Below are positions 1-11,500 of a stretch of 64,000 nucleotides of DNA, piece by piece. Each line of letters begins with the position of its first letter. The first letter of the stretch is position 1. The position numbers and the translations under genes were made by a program. The stretch spans positions 14,848-78,847 of IMG/VR virus record IMGVR_UViG_3300010354_000061, one strand, 5' to 3'. The notes under the pieces were generated by a model. The model ran no database searches, had not been told where the DNA came from, and saw nothing but the letters and a program-made list of their open reading frames with translations. Source of the DNA: a virus.

Positions 1-1183
1 TAACATTATTAGCAACCCAAAACGCTGTGTTGGTTACAGCTGACGAAGATACTGGAGCGTCAATGGTAAATTCACTACTATTAGCTACAGCAACAACTTG
101 ACGAATACATCCAAAATGTTGACCGTTGGGACCGACTGAGAATAGCGTGTTGCTATAATCTGTGTTGCTTACGTTGGGTATAACAACAAAATCTCCCACT
201 TGCAGAGCAGCAGTATTAGTACTTGTAATTGTTGTGCTATCTCCAGGTATTGACGGAATATTTGTATAACCACTACTCCCTGGTGAAGCCTTAACCATAT
301 CAGGCTCAATGCGCAAAATAATAATACCACTACCACTATTAAAGTTTGTAAAGTTGGCTGATCCAGCAGTGTTGCTAATTTGAAAAGAGCCCACATCAAT
401 TGTACTGTCAACAAGTGGTCTATTTAAACTAATTATAGGACCAGTCAACAACGCACCACTATTAGCCGAAAAATAGCCAGCACCGTATGAATTTGTTAGC
501 TGGCCCACCATTGTATCACGAACAAACGCAAATTTTTTATTTGCAAACGTGTTGTAAGAAATAAACTCATAGTCGTTAGGTACCAGCGTAATATCCCCAA
601 ACGTCTGATCAAATTTTAAAACTTGCACGTCGTATACAAGGTCCTCAGTTTGTATTGGCGTCCATGTTGTTTGGTTTGTTGATAAAAACAAAACTCCCGG
701 TGTCACATTATCTTGTGTCGAATATTGTATATTAGTTGCAAATACTGTTTCCCCCACTCTACCAATCCAAGCAAGGTAGTCGGTGGTGTTACCATCTGCG
801 TAAGCAACGATTGCATATTCTGCATCATTTTGCAAAAATGCCGGTTCCAGGAAAACAAACGTCGTATAATCTGCAGCAGTTAAACCTGTAGCACTTGTAC
901 TAAGAGTGTTGATGTTATCAGCAATTTGATAAGTTCTCGCTAATACATTGTCCGGACCCATAGGGTAGCCATTAAACGTCCTTCTTATCTCGACTGTTAC
1001 ACCCGAATAAGGCAATAAAGAAGTAGCAATTGCAGGGTCCGATTTTGTTGCAAAAAGTAACTTGACAGCATAAACCCATTTACCACCGGCTTTTGTATCG
1101 ACTGTTGTACGAAACGTTTGGGCCAGTGGACTAACGCTGTAAGATCGAATTGCTGGATCAGACGTAAGAGTTGTTGTACTCAT
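1..1183 (-). CDS. VrlC/DUF4815-like virion structural protein, C-terminal-half homologue (runs off window start; absent from ORF track)
   Basis: Manual translation from ATG 1183: MSTTTLTSDPAIRSYSVSPLAQTF...TTFVFLEPAFLQNDAEYAIV...GVLFLSTNQTTWTPIQTEDL; these motifs are typical of the C-terminal part of DUF4815 proteins. Confidence 0.8.
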   Translation of the reverse strand, partial: MSTTTLTSDPAIRSYSVSPLAQTFRTTVDTKAGGKWVYAVKLLFATKSDPAIATSLLPYSGVTVEIRRTFNGYPMGPDNVLARTYQIADNINTLSTSATGLTAADYTTFVFLEPAFLQNDAEYAIVAYADGNTTDYLAWIGRVGETVFATNIQYSTQDNVTPGVLFLSTNQTTWTPIQTEDLVYDVQVLKFDQTFGDITLVPNDYEFISYNTFANKKFAFVRDTMVGQLTNSYGAGYFSANSGALLTGPIISLNRPLVDSTIDVGSFQISNTAGSANFTNFNSGSGIIILRIEPDMVKASPGSSGYTNIPSIPGDSTTITSTNTAALQVGDFVVIPNVSNTDYSNTLFSVGPNGQHFGCIRQVVAVANSSEFTIDAPVSSSAVTNTAFWVANNV

Positions 1184-1214
1184 TATTTTACCTTGTATAT
1201 TTTATTCTAATAAA

Positions 1215-4200
1215 TTAAAAAGAATTAAACCGAGTGTAATCATCTGTTAATACATCGAATCCTCCACCTCCTCGGTTATCAATATCTAATCCCAAATCAA
1301 TGGTCGAGGTATTTGGAGGTGGTCTATAGACGTGTACGTTCGCAGTATTTGCAGGCGGAGGTACAACGACCGTGTTACTAGAAGCAGTGTTGCTAGTATT
1401 CCCACTAGGAGGCGGAGGCGGCGGTGGCGGTGGTGGTAGAGTTGTTGTTACATCACGATTATCAATGACATCAACAGTATCATCATCGACACGATCTGGG
1501 TTTGGATCATCATCGTTAATGCCGCCACTTCTAAGTTGATCTTGTATTTGGAGCCAGAATTCTTGATCTCCTACCCAACGTGCTGTACACGAATCCAAAT
1601 TCTCCATTGCCCACAAAGCGACATCCATGCCATAGGTTGAGCTGATCCATGCAAACGTTTCTGTCGAGAGAGGGTGACAAAGGATACCGCCTCCGCCACC
1701 ACCGCCACCGCCACCACCGCCACCGCCACCACCGCCGCCACCGCCGCCGGGGGGAGGTGGAGGAGGTGGAGGAGGGGGAGGAGGGGGAGGAATAATAACT
1801 GGAGGACGTTGTGGTACAATGGTGGAACTAAACCCTCTGAAGCTACCTTTAGCAATAGAAACCGCAGCAGGCTCAAAACCTATCGCTTCTACATCCATTA
1901 CAATAATTTCTTTCCGTCCAAATGTATAATATCGAGCAGGTATGTTGTATTGTATTGACAGCTTACCATCTATTGAAGAAACAAGACTTCCAGCAGACCC
2001 TACCTGTGTAGAAGTTGGTTGCCAACCTGAATCGAACCCTCCGCTTGCGTAGATACCATCGCTACCGCTTCCCTCACGCACACGAGAGTACATTTCTGTT
2101 CCTGTCAAGCTACTAGTCGTGTATGTCCACCTACTCATTGGTAATTCGCTTGTGTCACTTGCTGGCACAACAGCAGTTGTAACACTTGATGTAATATTTA
2201 ATCCATCGAAAAACACATAATGTTTTCTGTTTGGTTGTAATCCTGTTACGTATATTGTAATTGTCTGGGGTTTGATATACTCATCGAGGCCTCCCGATCC
2301 TGCAGAGGTTGAGACATCATAAGGAGGATTAACATATATGGTACCGTTGTATTTTACAAACCCGTTAACAATATTACGCTGGGATGTTGGTTTGTCAAAT
2401 TTTGCTTCCGACTTTAAGCTCGAAGATTCAAGAAACGCATGGCTTGCGTCTGAAACAACGCTATCAAGAATTGTTATGTTATTTGTATTAGCAACTTTCA
2501 ACTTAAGAGGTATTTCAGCAAACACAGGTGTAGCAATTTCGTTAACAGTATCAATTACAAAAGTTTGACTTTCTGTCGATTCAGAAAAACTTTTATCCTT
2601 CATTGGATCAACAAAAAAGCCATGCTTAAATCTTTCGAACTGTGTGTTAGACTCACTTGTAATCTTTAAAGATTTTGTTTGAGCTTCCATAAGACTAAAT
2701 GATGCATAATATTCGAGTCTTTGGACTCTGTCGTTAATTTTTTGAATATCACGCATCGTATATCTTGTTTGTTGATTAGTGCTTGTTAAAACAGCGTAAT
2801 CAACTCTACCAAGTTGCAAGGCAGCAGAATAAGCAAGGCTTGGATAAGGAGGGACATGCAATTCACCCAGAACAAACGTGCCTGAAGGTGTTAGAGGAAC
2901 ATCTGGCTTAAGAGAAGGTAACCCCAGCACAACTCTAACGTTACCATGCTTGTCCATAACTACTTTATCACGTCGTGGAATATAATATGACATATCAGCT
3001 TCATAGAGACCGGACGGAGAAGGATATTTTCTTGATAAAGAAGAAACTGACTCTACGATAACGTTGGAATATGCAATATGGGTTGCGTTTGTTGTAGAGC
3101 TGTCGTATATCAAGGCTCCGCTTGCAGTATTGCTATAAGGAACGGTATTAGAAACGAACGGTCTAAAATCAACAGCATCCCTCAAAGAAATTATTTTACC
3201 AGCATTAGTTTTATATACTGGTATATAAAGTAAGGAGGAAGGGGTGCCATTTGCATAAACATAGGATTCTAACGTAATATAATCGCCAACAACATCTCTC
3301 CTAAAAGCTAGAACTTGTACGAGTAAATTTTTTGTTGACGTCAATGTGAAAGAAGATTGGTTTTTCAGTTTTACATAAGAAAGACCATAAATTGAATCTT
3401 TTTGACCTGTCACAAGCTCAAAATTATTTACAATATTTGGGTCTGTATTTGCGTCAGCAAACGTGTCGCCTGAGCCTGCCCACACACCAAGAAGCTTGAC
3501 TGCATTTGGTATACCGAGACACCACGGTCCATTTGGTAACGTAGCAGCAATAGTATTACTAATTTTAACATAATGTGTATCGAGGACAAGGTTGGCTGAC
3601 GTCGGCGTCGCAATAGATGTACAAATTACTGATACGTTACCGATTGTAGATGATGTTGCAACGTTACTCCATGGATTGAGAGTAAATGTTAGTGAGCCAG
3701 TTGCAGCATTAACCGTAAACAGCTTGGAGTTAACAATAGTGTTGTTCGGGCAGCTATACGCAACATTTGCATCATTAATAACAATGTTTGCTGTTGATGG
3801 GATTTGTGCAGAGGTACTGTTTGTTACAGCAACAATTGGATAATAATAACTTGTTGTATTGTTAGCAATCTTTATATGCAAACCATAGTTTTTATAAGCG
3901 TCAAACGTAGTAAGAAGGTTGGGAGTTCCTGAGCTAAGAACGAGCCCGTTAGAGTATACGTTTACAGAACCAGCAAGATTTGCAGAAACAATATTATCTC
4001 TCGAAACTACAACAAAATCAGTTTTTTGTAATTCTGACACTGGATCCGTTGTGTATAAAAACTGTTCGCCAGATGCTGCAGATAGCGAAAAAACACCGTT
4101 ATTACTTACCTGACGGTCATCGGTTTGTTTTCTATAATAAAAGCTGTCATCACTTATACTTGCAAGGGCTTTTACACCTAAAGGAAAAATTGTTGTTTCA

Positions 4201-5981
4201 TACTGTGTACCAATCAACGCCACATTGTTGCTTGAGGATACTTCAGCAACAAACTTGCTATTGGAACCAATCGCTTGTATGTCAGAAGGATTGAAACCTG
4301 AGTTTATTTGTACATCATAAACATATACATTATATTTGTTGTCCGATATTGACCCACCAAAACCGTCGTATGATATTGAACGTACCTTTGCTGTACCAAT
4401 AACTTTTGTAGTACCCAACGACGAGTTGAGGTTAGAAGGAACAGCTCCACCAGGCTGTACAATGCCCGAGTTACCTGTTGTAACTGTGTTGGCAAAAAGT
4501 GTGATTGTTTCGCCATATTGAATGTTTGCTATACCAAACCACTTGTTCTGTGGTACAGACAGGTAATTCTCATACGAAGTAGAAACTACTTGATTGTTGG
4601 TTGAAAGAGTCGTGTTTGCTTTAGGTATAGGTAATCTTATGTTGTTTGAAAGTTCATTTCTATGACCTTGAATATAAGCCACACCCTTTCCAACTATTAC
4701 GTTAATAAAATTACTGTAATTTTCTCCATAAACAAGGCCAGCTTCTTCTGTAGTTATATTGATTGGTTTTAAAACATAGTTACCGCTTTCTTCACTTGTT
4801 CGTCTTGCAAGTTCAGTGTTGATGGCGTTAAACTGTGTTGATGTTTTATCTCTAGTAACATAACCGTTTTGAAATTCGACTAAAGAAAAGAAATTTTGCA
4901 CTGATGGAACACCATCAATAACATCAGATAAATCGTTTGCCGATTTTACAACCAAAGTTGGTGTAAGTTTTAGCCTGTCTGCACCAGGAGCTTGATAATT
5001 TGTATATCCCTGGGCATTATCTAAAAGAGTTGTGTCGACGGAACTGTTAACAATCGATTCCTCTGTCATAAATCCTACAGAGACGTTGTTTGGGTAGCCG
5101 CTATTAGTTGTCAGATATTTGGAAACAACAATTTCTTGAGGCTCAACGCGTACAAAAAAGCCTTTTTGGAAAATAATACCATCAGAAACTTTCAATCCAT
5201 ATCCAACCCCTGTTCCATTGGATGCAACAATAGGCTGAGCAACATAGTTAATGACACCAACGTTAGCGTTGTTGGGTGATGTTACAGCAGCTCCGTTAGC
5301 ATAAACAATTCTAGTAGACAGCAAGTCTGGATCTTTTACGTAACCCTCACCTTTACTAATAACAACAACATCTGTGATCGAGCCAGCGCTGTTTGTAACA
5401 AGGCGACCATACGCATTTATTGTTGGTGCTGGAGACGTCTGAACAGCATATACAAACATTGTATTTGTATAACCACTACCAGCAGCTGTGATTGGAAAAT
5501 CTTCAACAGTTCCTGCTGTTCTTTGAGCAAAAAGTGTAGCTCCGTCAGCAAACGTGTTCTGTGTAGTGTTTGATCCTAATGAAAGATACTTTACATAAAG
5601 AGTTTTTAAATCATTGTTTGCACTTGACTCCAAGCCATCTATTACATTAACAACAAGAGCCTTTGCCCCCGTTGATTGATCAATAACGTAACACCCTTGA
5701 AGATCGTTAATATTGACATCATAATTGTCAGCGTCTAGGTCTTTTATTCGTACAAAATTATAAAACGGATCGAGAGAAACACTGCAACCACTAATTATAG
5801 TACCGGTTTTATAGATGTTTTGCCCAAAACGCTCAATTTGACTCTGAAGAACCGATTGAAGCTGTGTTAGCTCCCTTGCCTGAATTGGAAAAGAAGGCTT
5901 AAAAAGAATTCGATGATAGTTTTTAGTATCATCATAATCATCGAAATACGGCGTGATATTGAGGTTCGTTTCTTGGGACAT
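1215..5981 (-). CDS. VrlC/DUF4815-like large virion structural protein
   Basis: N-term NLNITPYFDDY...RILFKPSFPIQARELTQLQS, APGADRLK, RYTMRDI..RVQRLEYY, RFKHGFFVD. Confidence 0.85.
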   Translation of the reverse strand: MSQETNLNITPYFDDYDDTKNYHRILFKPSFPIQARELTQLQSVLQSQIERFGQNIYKTGTIISGCSVSLDPFYNFVRIKDLDADNYDVNINDLQGCYVIDQSTGAKALVVNVIDGLESSANNDLKTLYVKYLSLGSNTTQNTFADGATLFAQRTAGTVEDFPITAAGSGYTNTMFVYAVQTSPAPTINAYGRLVTNSAGSITDVVVISKGEGYVKDPDLLSTRIVYANGAAVTSPNNANVGVINYVAQPIVASNGTGVGYGLKVSDGIIFQKGFFVRVEPQEIVVSKYLTTNSGYPNNVSVGFMTEESIVNSSVDTTLLDNAQGYTNYQAPGADRLKLTPTLVVKSANDLSDVIDGVPSVQNFFSLVEFQNGYVTRDKTSTQFNAINTELARRTSEESGNYVLKPINITTEEAGLVYGENYSNFINVIVGKGVAYIQGHRNELSNNIRLPIPKANTTLSTNNQVVSTSYENYLSVPQNKWFGIANIQYGETITLFANTVTTGNSGIVQPGGAVPSNLNSSLGTTKVIGTAKVRSISYDGFGGSISDNKYNVYVYDVQINSGFNPSDIQAIGSNSKFVAEVSSSNNVALIGTQYETTIFPLGVKALASISDDSFYYRKQTDDRQVSNNGVFSLSAASGEQFLYTTDPVSELQKTDFVVVSRDNIVSANLAGSVNVYSNGLVLSSGTPNLLTTFDAYKNYGLHIKIANNTTSYYYPIVAVTNSTSAQIPSTANIVINDANVAYSCPNNTIVNSKLFTVNAATGSLTFTLNPWSNVATSSTIGNVSVICTSIATPTSANLVLDTHYVKISNTIAATLPNGPWCLGIPNAVKLLGVWAGSGDTFADANTDPNIVNNFELVTGQKDSIYGLSYVKLKNQSSFTLTSTKNLLVQVLAFRRDVVGDYITLESYVYANGTPSSLLYIPVYKTNAGKIISLRDAVDFRPFVSNTVPYSNTASGALIYDSSTTNATHIAYSNVIVESVSSLSRKYPSPSGLYEADMSYYIPRRDKVVMDKHGNVRVVLGLPSLKPDVPLTPSGTFVLGELHVPPYPSLAYSAALQLGRVDYAVLTSTNQQTRYTMRDIQKINDRVQRLEYYASFSLMEAQTKSLKITSESNTQFERFKHGFFVDPMKDKSFSESTESQTFVIDTVNEIATPVFAEIPLKLKVANTNNITILDSVVSDASHAFLESSSLKSEAKFDKPTSQRNIVNGFVKYNGTIYVNPPYDVSTSAGSGGLDEYIKPQTITIYVTGLQPNRKHYVFFDGLNITSSVTTAVVPASDTSELPMSRWTYTTSSLTGTEMYSRVREGSGSDGIYASGGFDSGWQPTSTQVGSAGSLVSSIDGKLSIQYNIPARYYTFGRKEIIVMDVEAIGFEPAAVSIAKGSFRGFSSTIVPQRPPVIIPPPPPPPPPPPPPPGGGGGGGGGGGGGGGGGGGGGILCHPLSTETFAWISSTYGMDVALWAMENLDSCTARWVGDQEFWLQIQDQLRSGGINDDDPNPDRVDDDTVDVIDNRDVTTTLPPPPPPPPPPSGNTSNTASSNTVVVPPPANTANVHVYRPPPNTSTIDLGLDIDNRGGGGFDVLTDDYTRFNSF
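1400..1790 (-). repeat. Poly-Pro and poly-Gly coding microsatellites
   Basis: (CCGCCA)n and (GGA/GGT)n tracts at ~1685-1790 and ~1410-1440. Confidence 0.9.
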
Positions 5982-5989
5982 ATTTTCTC

Positions 5990-8560
5990 TCAGAATTCAA
6001 AAATGAACTTAAACGTCTCTGTTTGGTTGCTATTTTTGGTTATTGGAGGTACACTTTCTATGTATATTACCTCCCCAGAACCATAGACCAAATCAGGCAA
6101 CGTCTGACTTTGTATGTTGGCTTCAGGTCGTGTTCCTTCTGGAGCATCTGTTCCTCTAATTAAATACTCATCGTTGTCCCCAGAGGAATTAAACGTCCCT
6201 CTCGTATGCGTCAAGCGCACTGTCACGTTTGTTGCACCGTTTGCTGAATTGTTAGAAGCATAAAATAAACCGTTTGCAGCATCAACACCACTACGACCTG
6301 GCTGTATTATTGTTTCATCATCAACAAAATAAACGCTGTTATTCTTGTTTGTTACCACTAAGCGCAACGTTTGATCAAAGTATGTATCTTGGCCAGAAAC
6401 CGCATTTGCCACAACAGAAACTGTGTTGCCAGCATTTCGAATAACATTTACGCTTTCGGATGTGATTACTGCAATTGCGGTGGCCGTCTCACCAATCAGA
6501 TTGTGTCCTGTCTGAGTTGTATTTCCAACAGCAAGTATTACAGGATAACCTGTTGAATTACTTAGCTTTATTGCTGTCGTATTAGAAAATCTAACGTAGT
6601 AGTATCCTCCAGACGTCATATTACCGACAGCCGTGTTTCCTGTGTTAGCAACATAAAGTAACTTATCTCCAACTTGGAACTTGTTACTTGATACCGTAAT
6701 ATAATCATCGTTACGAGATTTGTTTGTTAAAGTATGACCTTCTTCACTAGACCCTGCTGTTAAATCGACGTTTGCTCCCCCGGCAGTAGTAGCAAGAGCC
6801 AACGTCGTGCTGTTTGCATAAACAACATAGTAGTTTTCAGTGTTAGTTAATCCAGTAACAGTAGTATTACCAGCACTAACCGTATAGGTAACAATGTCCC
6901 CAATAACAAAAGGATTACTTGCAATAGCAATATAGTTGCCTGTATTGCTCACACCTGTTAGTGCATTAAATGTTTTTACAGTAACAGGATTTACGTCCGT
7001 GTTAGCGTTAAAGGTGAATGTTGGGGCAGCAATCGTAACGTCTGGCACCGTGAGGTATCCACTTCCACTCGCTGTAATGTGGAGGTTAGAAATTTTACCT
7101 GTAGCATTTGCTTGTGCGTTTGCTGTAGCACCGCTTCCTGTATTTCCTGCTATTGTTACAGTCGTGTTAGCGAAGTAACCAGATCCTGGGTAAGTTATAA
7201 CCAACTGACCAACAGCACCTGAGGAACCAACTTCAAACAATCCTCCAACGTCCGTAAGCGTGATAGTATTATTTGAAGTATCAATGTCTGTTATTGTTCC
7301 TGTTGCGTTTGTGTTAGACTGTGTCACTTCTTGACCTACAGAAAAATCTCCAACACTATGCTCAGGGGCAATTGTTAATGTTACACTTCTGTATTGTGGA
7401 TTCTTCAATAATCCTAGAATTCTAAAATCATTCTTATCAACAATCTTTCCACCAGAACTACTACTGGAAAGAGTTGAAGAAATACCCACCCAATGAGCCC
7501 CAAGCTCTTCAGCTTGATTTTTTCCGTGACCCCCAGAAGGAGGAAGAATTGCTCGTAACACAGGAGCAGCCGGCGTATTAGACGAAACTACACCTTGAAC
7601 TTCTACGGTAGCATAGTCGTAACCAGCGCCACGGCTTGTCACAAGAACACTTTGAAGAGTTTTTGTTGAAGAATTAACAACTGCGCGTGCCTGAGCTCCT
7701 AGTCCGTTACCAACAATTAGTACGTTAGGAACAACATTATATGTTGTGCTTGTATTAGAAGAATTCAAAAAAGCAGAATCAAGTAAAACCCTCTTCGTTA
7801 CACCATCGTAATCAATAATTTTTCTTTGATTGCCGCCATTGGCCCCATCAACAATATAAAGAACTCCTCCAGTGTAGATATCATTAGTTGCACTTGCGTT
7901 AGCTGAAAGAGTATAAATTAAGGTATTACCACCAACAGCTACATCCTGGAACGTTCCCTCATGGGTTCCAATGTAGCGACGCTCGCCTGGTGTAACGACG
8001 TCAATTATTTCGACTGCACCAGAAACAGCATTACTTACAACACTTGCATTTTCAACAAACGGAAAATATTCCTGTGTGGCAAATTTTGTTACTGTTGCTG
8101 CTGTTGCTGAATACATATATTTCCACTGGTAGCCATCAGCTGTAATGTATGACTCATCAGTAGGATCTTCAATAACAGGCTCAACAGTTGAATTAGCCCC
8201 TTTATTGTTATTCAAGCATTTAAAAACAGCATTATTGCTGTTAATAACAAAATACTGTTTTTGCGACAACAAATTATCCTCATCATCATAACGAGCGTAG
8301 ACTGTGTTGCCGGTCCATTCATATCGCCTAACCATCAAACAAACATCGCTTGTTGATAATCTTTTTCCAAACAACATGTTATCATAAACATCATAAACAA
8401 TGTCGCGACTATTGTCATATAGTGTTGGGACGTTATTATCGTTTGCAAATGGCTGACTTCTGCCAGCAAATACGTAGTAGGTCGAACTATTAGATTCTGA
8501 AACAGAATCGACAAAATGTTTTGCTGAAGAATGTCTGAAGTTGTTTGTAACTAGTTTCAT
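5990..8560 (-). CDS. Baseplate wedge subunit, T4 gp8-like, with insertions
   Basis: YYVFAGR, RRYEW..NTVY..YDD, VFKCLNN, DGYQWKYMY, PPSGGHG, DFRILGLLKNP, GEVIYIE..PI. Confidence 0.85.
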   Translation of the reverse strand: MKLVTNNFRHSSAKHFVDSVSESNSSTYYVFAGRSQPFANDNNVPTLYDNSRDIVYDVYDNMLFGKRLSTSDVCLMVRRYEWTGNTVYARYDDEDNLLSQKQYFVINSNNAVFKCLNNNKGANSTVEPVIEDPTDESYITADGYQWKYMYSATAATVTKFATQEYFPFVENASVVSNAVSGAVEIIDVVTPGERRYIGTHEGTFQDVAVGGNTLIYTLSANASATNDIYTGGVLYIVDGANGGNQRKIIDYDGVTKRVLLDSAFLNSSNTSTTYNVVPNVLIVGNGLGAQARAVVNSSTKTLQSVLVTSRGAGYDYATVEVQGVVSSNTPAAPVLRAILPPSGGHGKNQAEELGAHWVGISSTLSSSSSGGKIVDKNDFRILGLLKNPQYRSVTLTIAPEHSVGDFSVGQEVTQSNTNATGTITDIDTSNNTITLTDVGGLFEVGSSGAVGQLVITYPGSGYFANTTVTIAGNTGSGATANAQANATGKISNLHITASGSGYLTVPDVTIAAPTFTFNANTDVNPVTVKTFNALTGVSNTGNYIAIASNPFVIGDIVTYTVSAGNTTVTGLTNTENYYVVYANSTTLALATTAGGANVDLTAGSSEEGHTLTNKSRNDDYITVSSNKFQVGDKLLYVANTGNTAVGNMTSGGYYYVRFSNTTAIKLSNSTGYPVILAVGNTTQTGHNLIGETATAIAVITSESVNVIRNAGNTVSVVANAVSGQDTYFDQTLRLVVTNKNNSVYFVDDETIIQPGRSGVDAANGLFYASNNSANGATNVTVRLTHTRGTFNSSGDNDEYLIRGTDAPEGTRPEANIQSQTLPDLVYGSGEVIYIESVPPITKNSNQTETFKFIFEF

Positions 8561-11500
8561 TACTCGAACCTTATAATTGAATGTCCCGTTTCGTTTCCAC
8601 TTACCGACAAGTCGACGTTACTTGTTGAATTTGCCAACTTGACTCCGCTTGTATTTGCTAAAACGACCGTATAAACATAATTGTTTACTAGTCCAATATC
8701 TGCTGTATTTCCTGCTTCTCTTACATACACGCACGAGTCGTTATTTGCAAATATTAACGAGCTATTCGCGTGCTGATTATTACCTAAATTAATAAAATCA
8801 AGCGCTGCATCAACACTTGTAGAATTTGAATAAAAATACCTCTTCAAGGCAATTGCCGATTGAGATACGTTCGATTGCTCTTTTATATCAGCTATAACCT
8901 TGATAACATTACCAAAATACTTAGTTCCTGCAACGTGCAGCACTTCCTTCAAAACACGGGCATACTTATCAAGTGATATTCCCGTTCTTACTTCGTAAGA
9001 AAATTCCTGATAGTAGTTATTATCATGAATATATTTATCCGAGTTCAAAAACCCTTGGTTGTTTTTGAAAAAACCAGTTCCCGTTCCTTGTCTCTCTACG
9101 TTTACACGTCCTACACCTACAAATCTATTTTCGCCTTCAGGTTGTATTGTTACGAGCTCGTCTTGTTGGTAACCCAGACCAGAATCAATAACGTTAATTC
9201 CAACTATTGTTCCATTAGCAACAGTTGTATTTGCAGTAATTGAAGCATTTAATCCTATAGGTTGTGTGTTTGTTGCAGTTGTAAAGGAATTAACAACCGC
9301 TGCTGCCTCAGTAGTAAATCCCACAATAGGTGTGCCGTTAGCAACCGGAAGATTAAACTTCAACCTCTTCATATTCATTGTACCGATGCCTGTATCAGAA
9401 TCATAACTAAATGCCCGTACTTCACCAACTATGCTCGTATTGGTTGTTCGTGTAATTGTACCAAACGTTGCCGGACTTGAGCCAAGCGAGGATTCAATTG
9501 TTGCATTGACGTCAGACGTATAACCAAACCCACCAGAAACAACGTTAACAGCCGAAATGGTTCCGTTTGCGTGTGTTATTACTTTTGCATAAGCACCTAC
9601 GCCTGGTGAGTTAGTAAAAGTGACTGGATCGTTATTAGTAAATCCAGATCCACCATCCGTGATAGCTACGTTGGTTATTGATCCAGAACTTATTGTTAAT
9701 TTTTCTCCAACACTAAATGGCTTGCTGATTGACTCAAGATTAAGTAGTAGATCTTTCTTCCCATATCCAGCAGTTCTTGGTTCATATACAAGAACAAACG
9801 GATCTATGTTGTAATCTTCACCACGGTTAGTCTCAGAAAGGACGGCAATTGATCCGACGTTGACTGTTGTGCCTGCCAGGCACACATCTATAATTGTAGC
9901 TGAGTTTCCAGCAGGAAACTTTGGGAAGCTGTATTGACCTGCAGGAGAAATATTTGATGCATCAATTCGCATTGATAAGTATGGCACATTTGCAGCATTG
10001 TTGCCACCAATCATGTCTGTACGGATAAACACCCTATCAATTGTTTGTACCTCACCAATAGCAAAATTGGCATCGCTTCCGAAAAATTTTCTTCCTAACT
10101 GTGTAACAGTATTTGATGTCAGCCCCACAACAAAGTTGTTTGGCGTTCCAGTATTTGCAGCATAATATACAAAATTTCCATTTCCTGTTATTGAATGAAA
10201 ACCAATATATGCTGTATTAACACCAGTAAGAAAACCATAAACTGTTAAATTGACGTTAGCTGACCACGGCGTATTTGCGAATGTGTTGCCTCCAGACGAA
10301 TTGGATGCTCTGAGACTGACGACACTTGCATTATTGTTGAATGCATTACTGTCTGAAATTAATATGAGATTGTTGCTTGTTGTAGATACAATATAGCCGT
10401 TAGCAATATCGTGAGTTGCATTACCACCAATTACAAGCGACCCATTTGCTGGAGTACCGCTTCCCCACAATGTTCCAATCGATTGATAATAGTTGGTTTT
10501 GTATTGAGCTACTTGTTCTCTTATTTTAAACTGACCAAGATTTCTATTTTGGGGACCAACAAGATAATGAGTTTCACTACTACTCGAGGATGTTAAATCA
10601 AGAGCTGAGCCGTTTGCGGTGTTGGCAAGCTTAAATCCTGTTGTGTTTGCATTAACAACGTAATATACGGTATTATTAGAAAGACCAGATATTGCCGTAT
10701 TAGATCGTGTCGTAAAATATAATACTGTGTCCCCATTAATAAATTCTGTATTGGCGTACGTGCGCGTCAGCGTGTGGCCACTTTCATTTAAACCAGCCGT
10801 TAAGTTAATGTTTGCTCCATTGGGTCCGTGGGCAAGAGCAAGAGCAGAGCTGTTTGCATAAACAACGTAGTAGTCACCTTTTTGAGCTAAATTTGTAAGT
10901 ACCGTGCTTCCTGTATCGACAGTATAAACAACAACATCACCATTAACAAACGGATTATTGGAAATGGCAATGGTATCGGCAGTATTACTTACATCGTTCA
11001 ATGCGTTAAATGATTTAATTGTAAGTGGGTTTGGTATGGTGATAAAGTCGGCGGTGTTAGCAACATCAACACTTGCATCAAACGTCTTTGTAACACGATT
11101 AGTCGTGTTGGATATAGCAAACATATTGTTGGCAATATATACGGTAGAACCAGCTTCGAGAATTGTACCAGATCCATCTCTTACTCTTTTAACATAACCA
11201 AAACCGCCGTCATCAATTGTAAAAACTATTTGTCCTGTAGCAAATCCAATTTCGGTGATTCGTGCTTTACCATGCCGGCCACGGAGATCGGAAATGATTT
11301 TTACTTCCTCACCAACAACAAAATCACTACTTTCGTTTACAATTTCCAGCGAAGTTAATGACCCAAGAACAACGGGGTTCCCTTCTACGGTTCCGTTAGC
11401 TGTTACTATTTCACCGGGGGAAAAGTTTCCCCTGACGTTCGACAAAAATACCTGGTCAATTGGGAATCCATCATAATAACGACGTGCGACTTGATCGACA

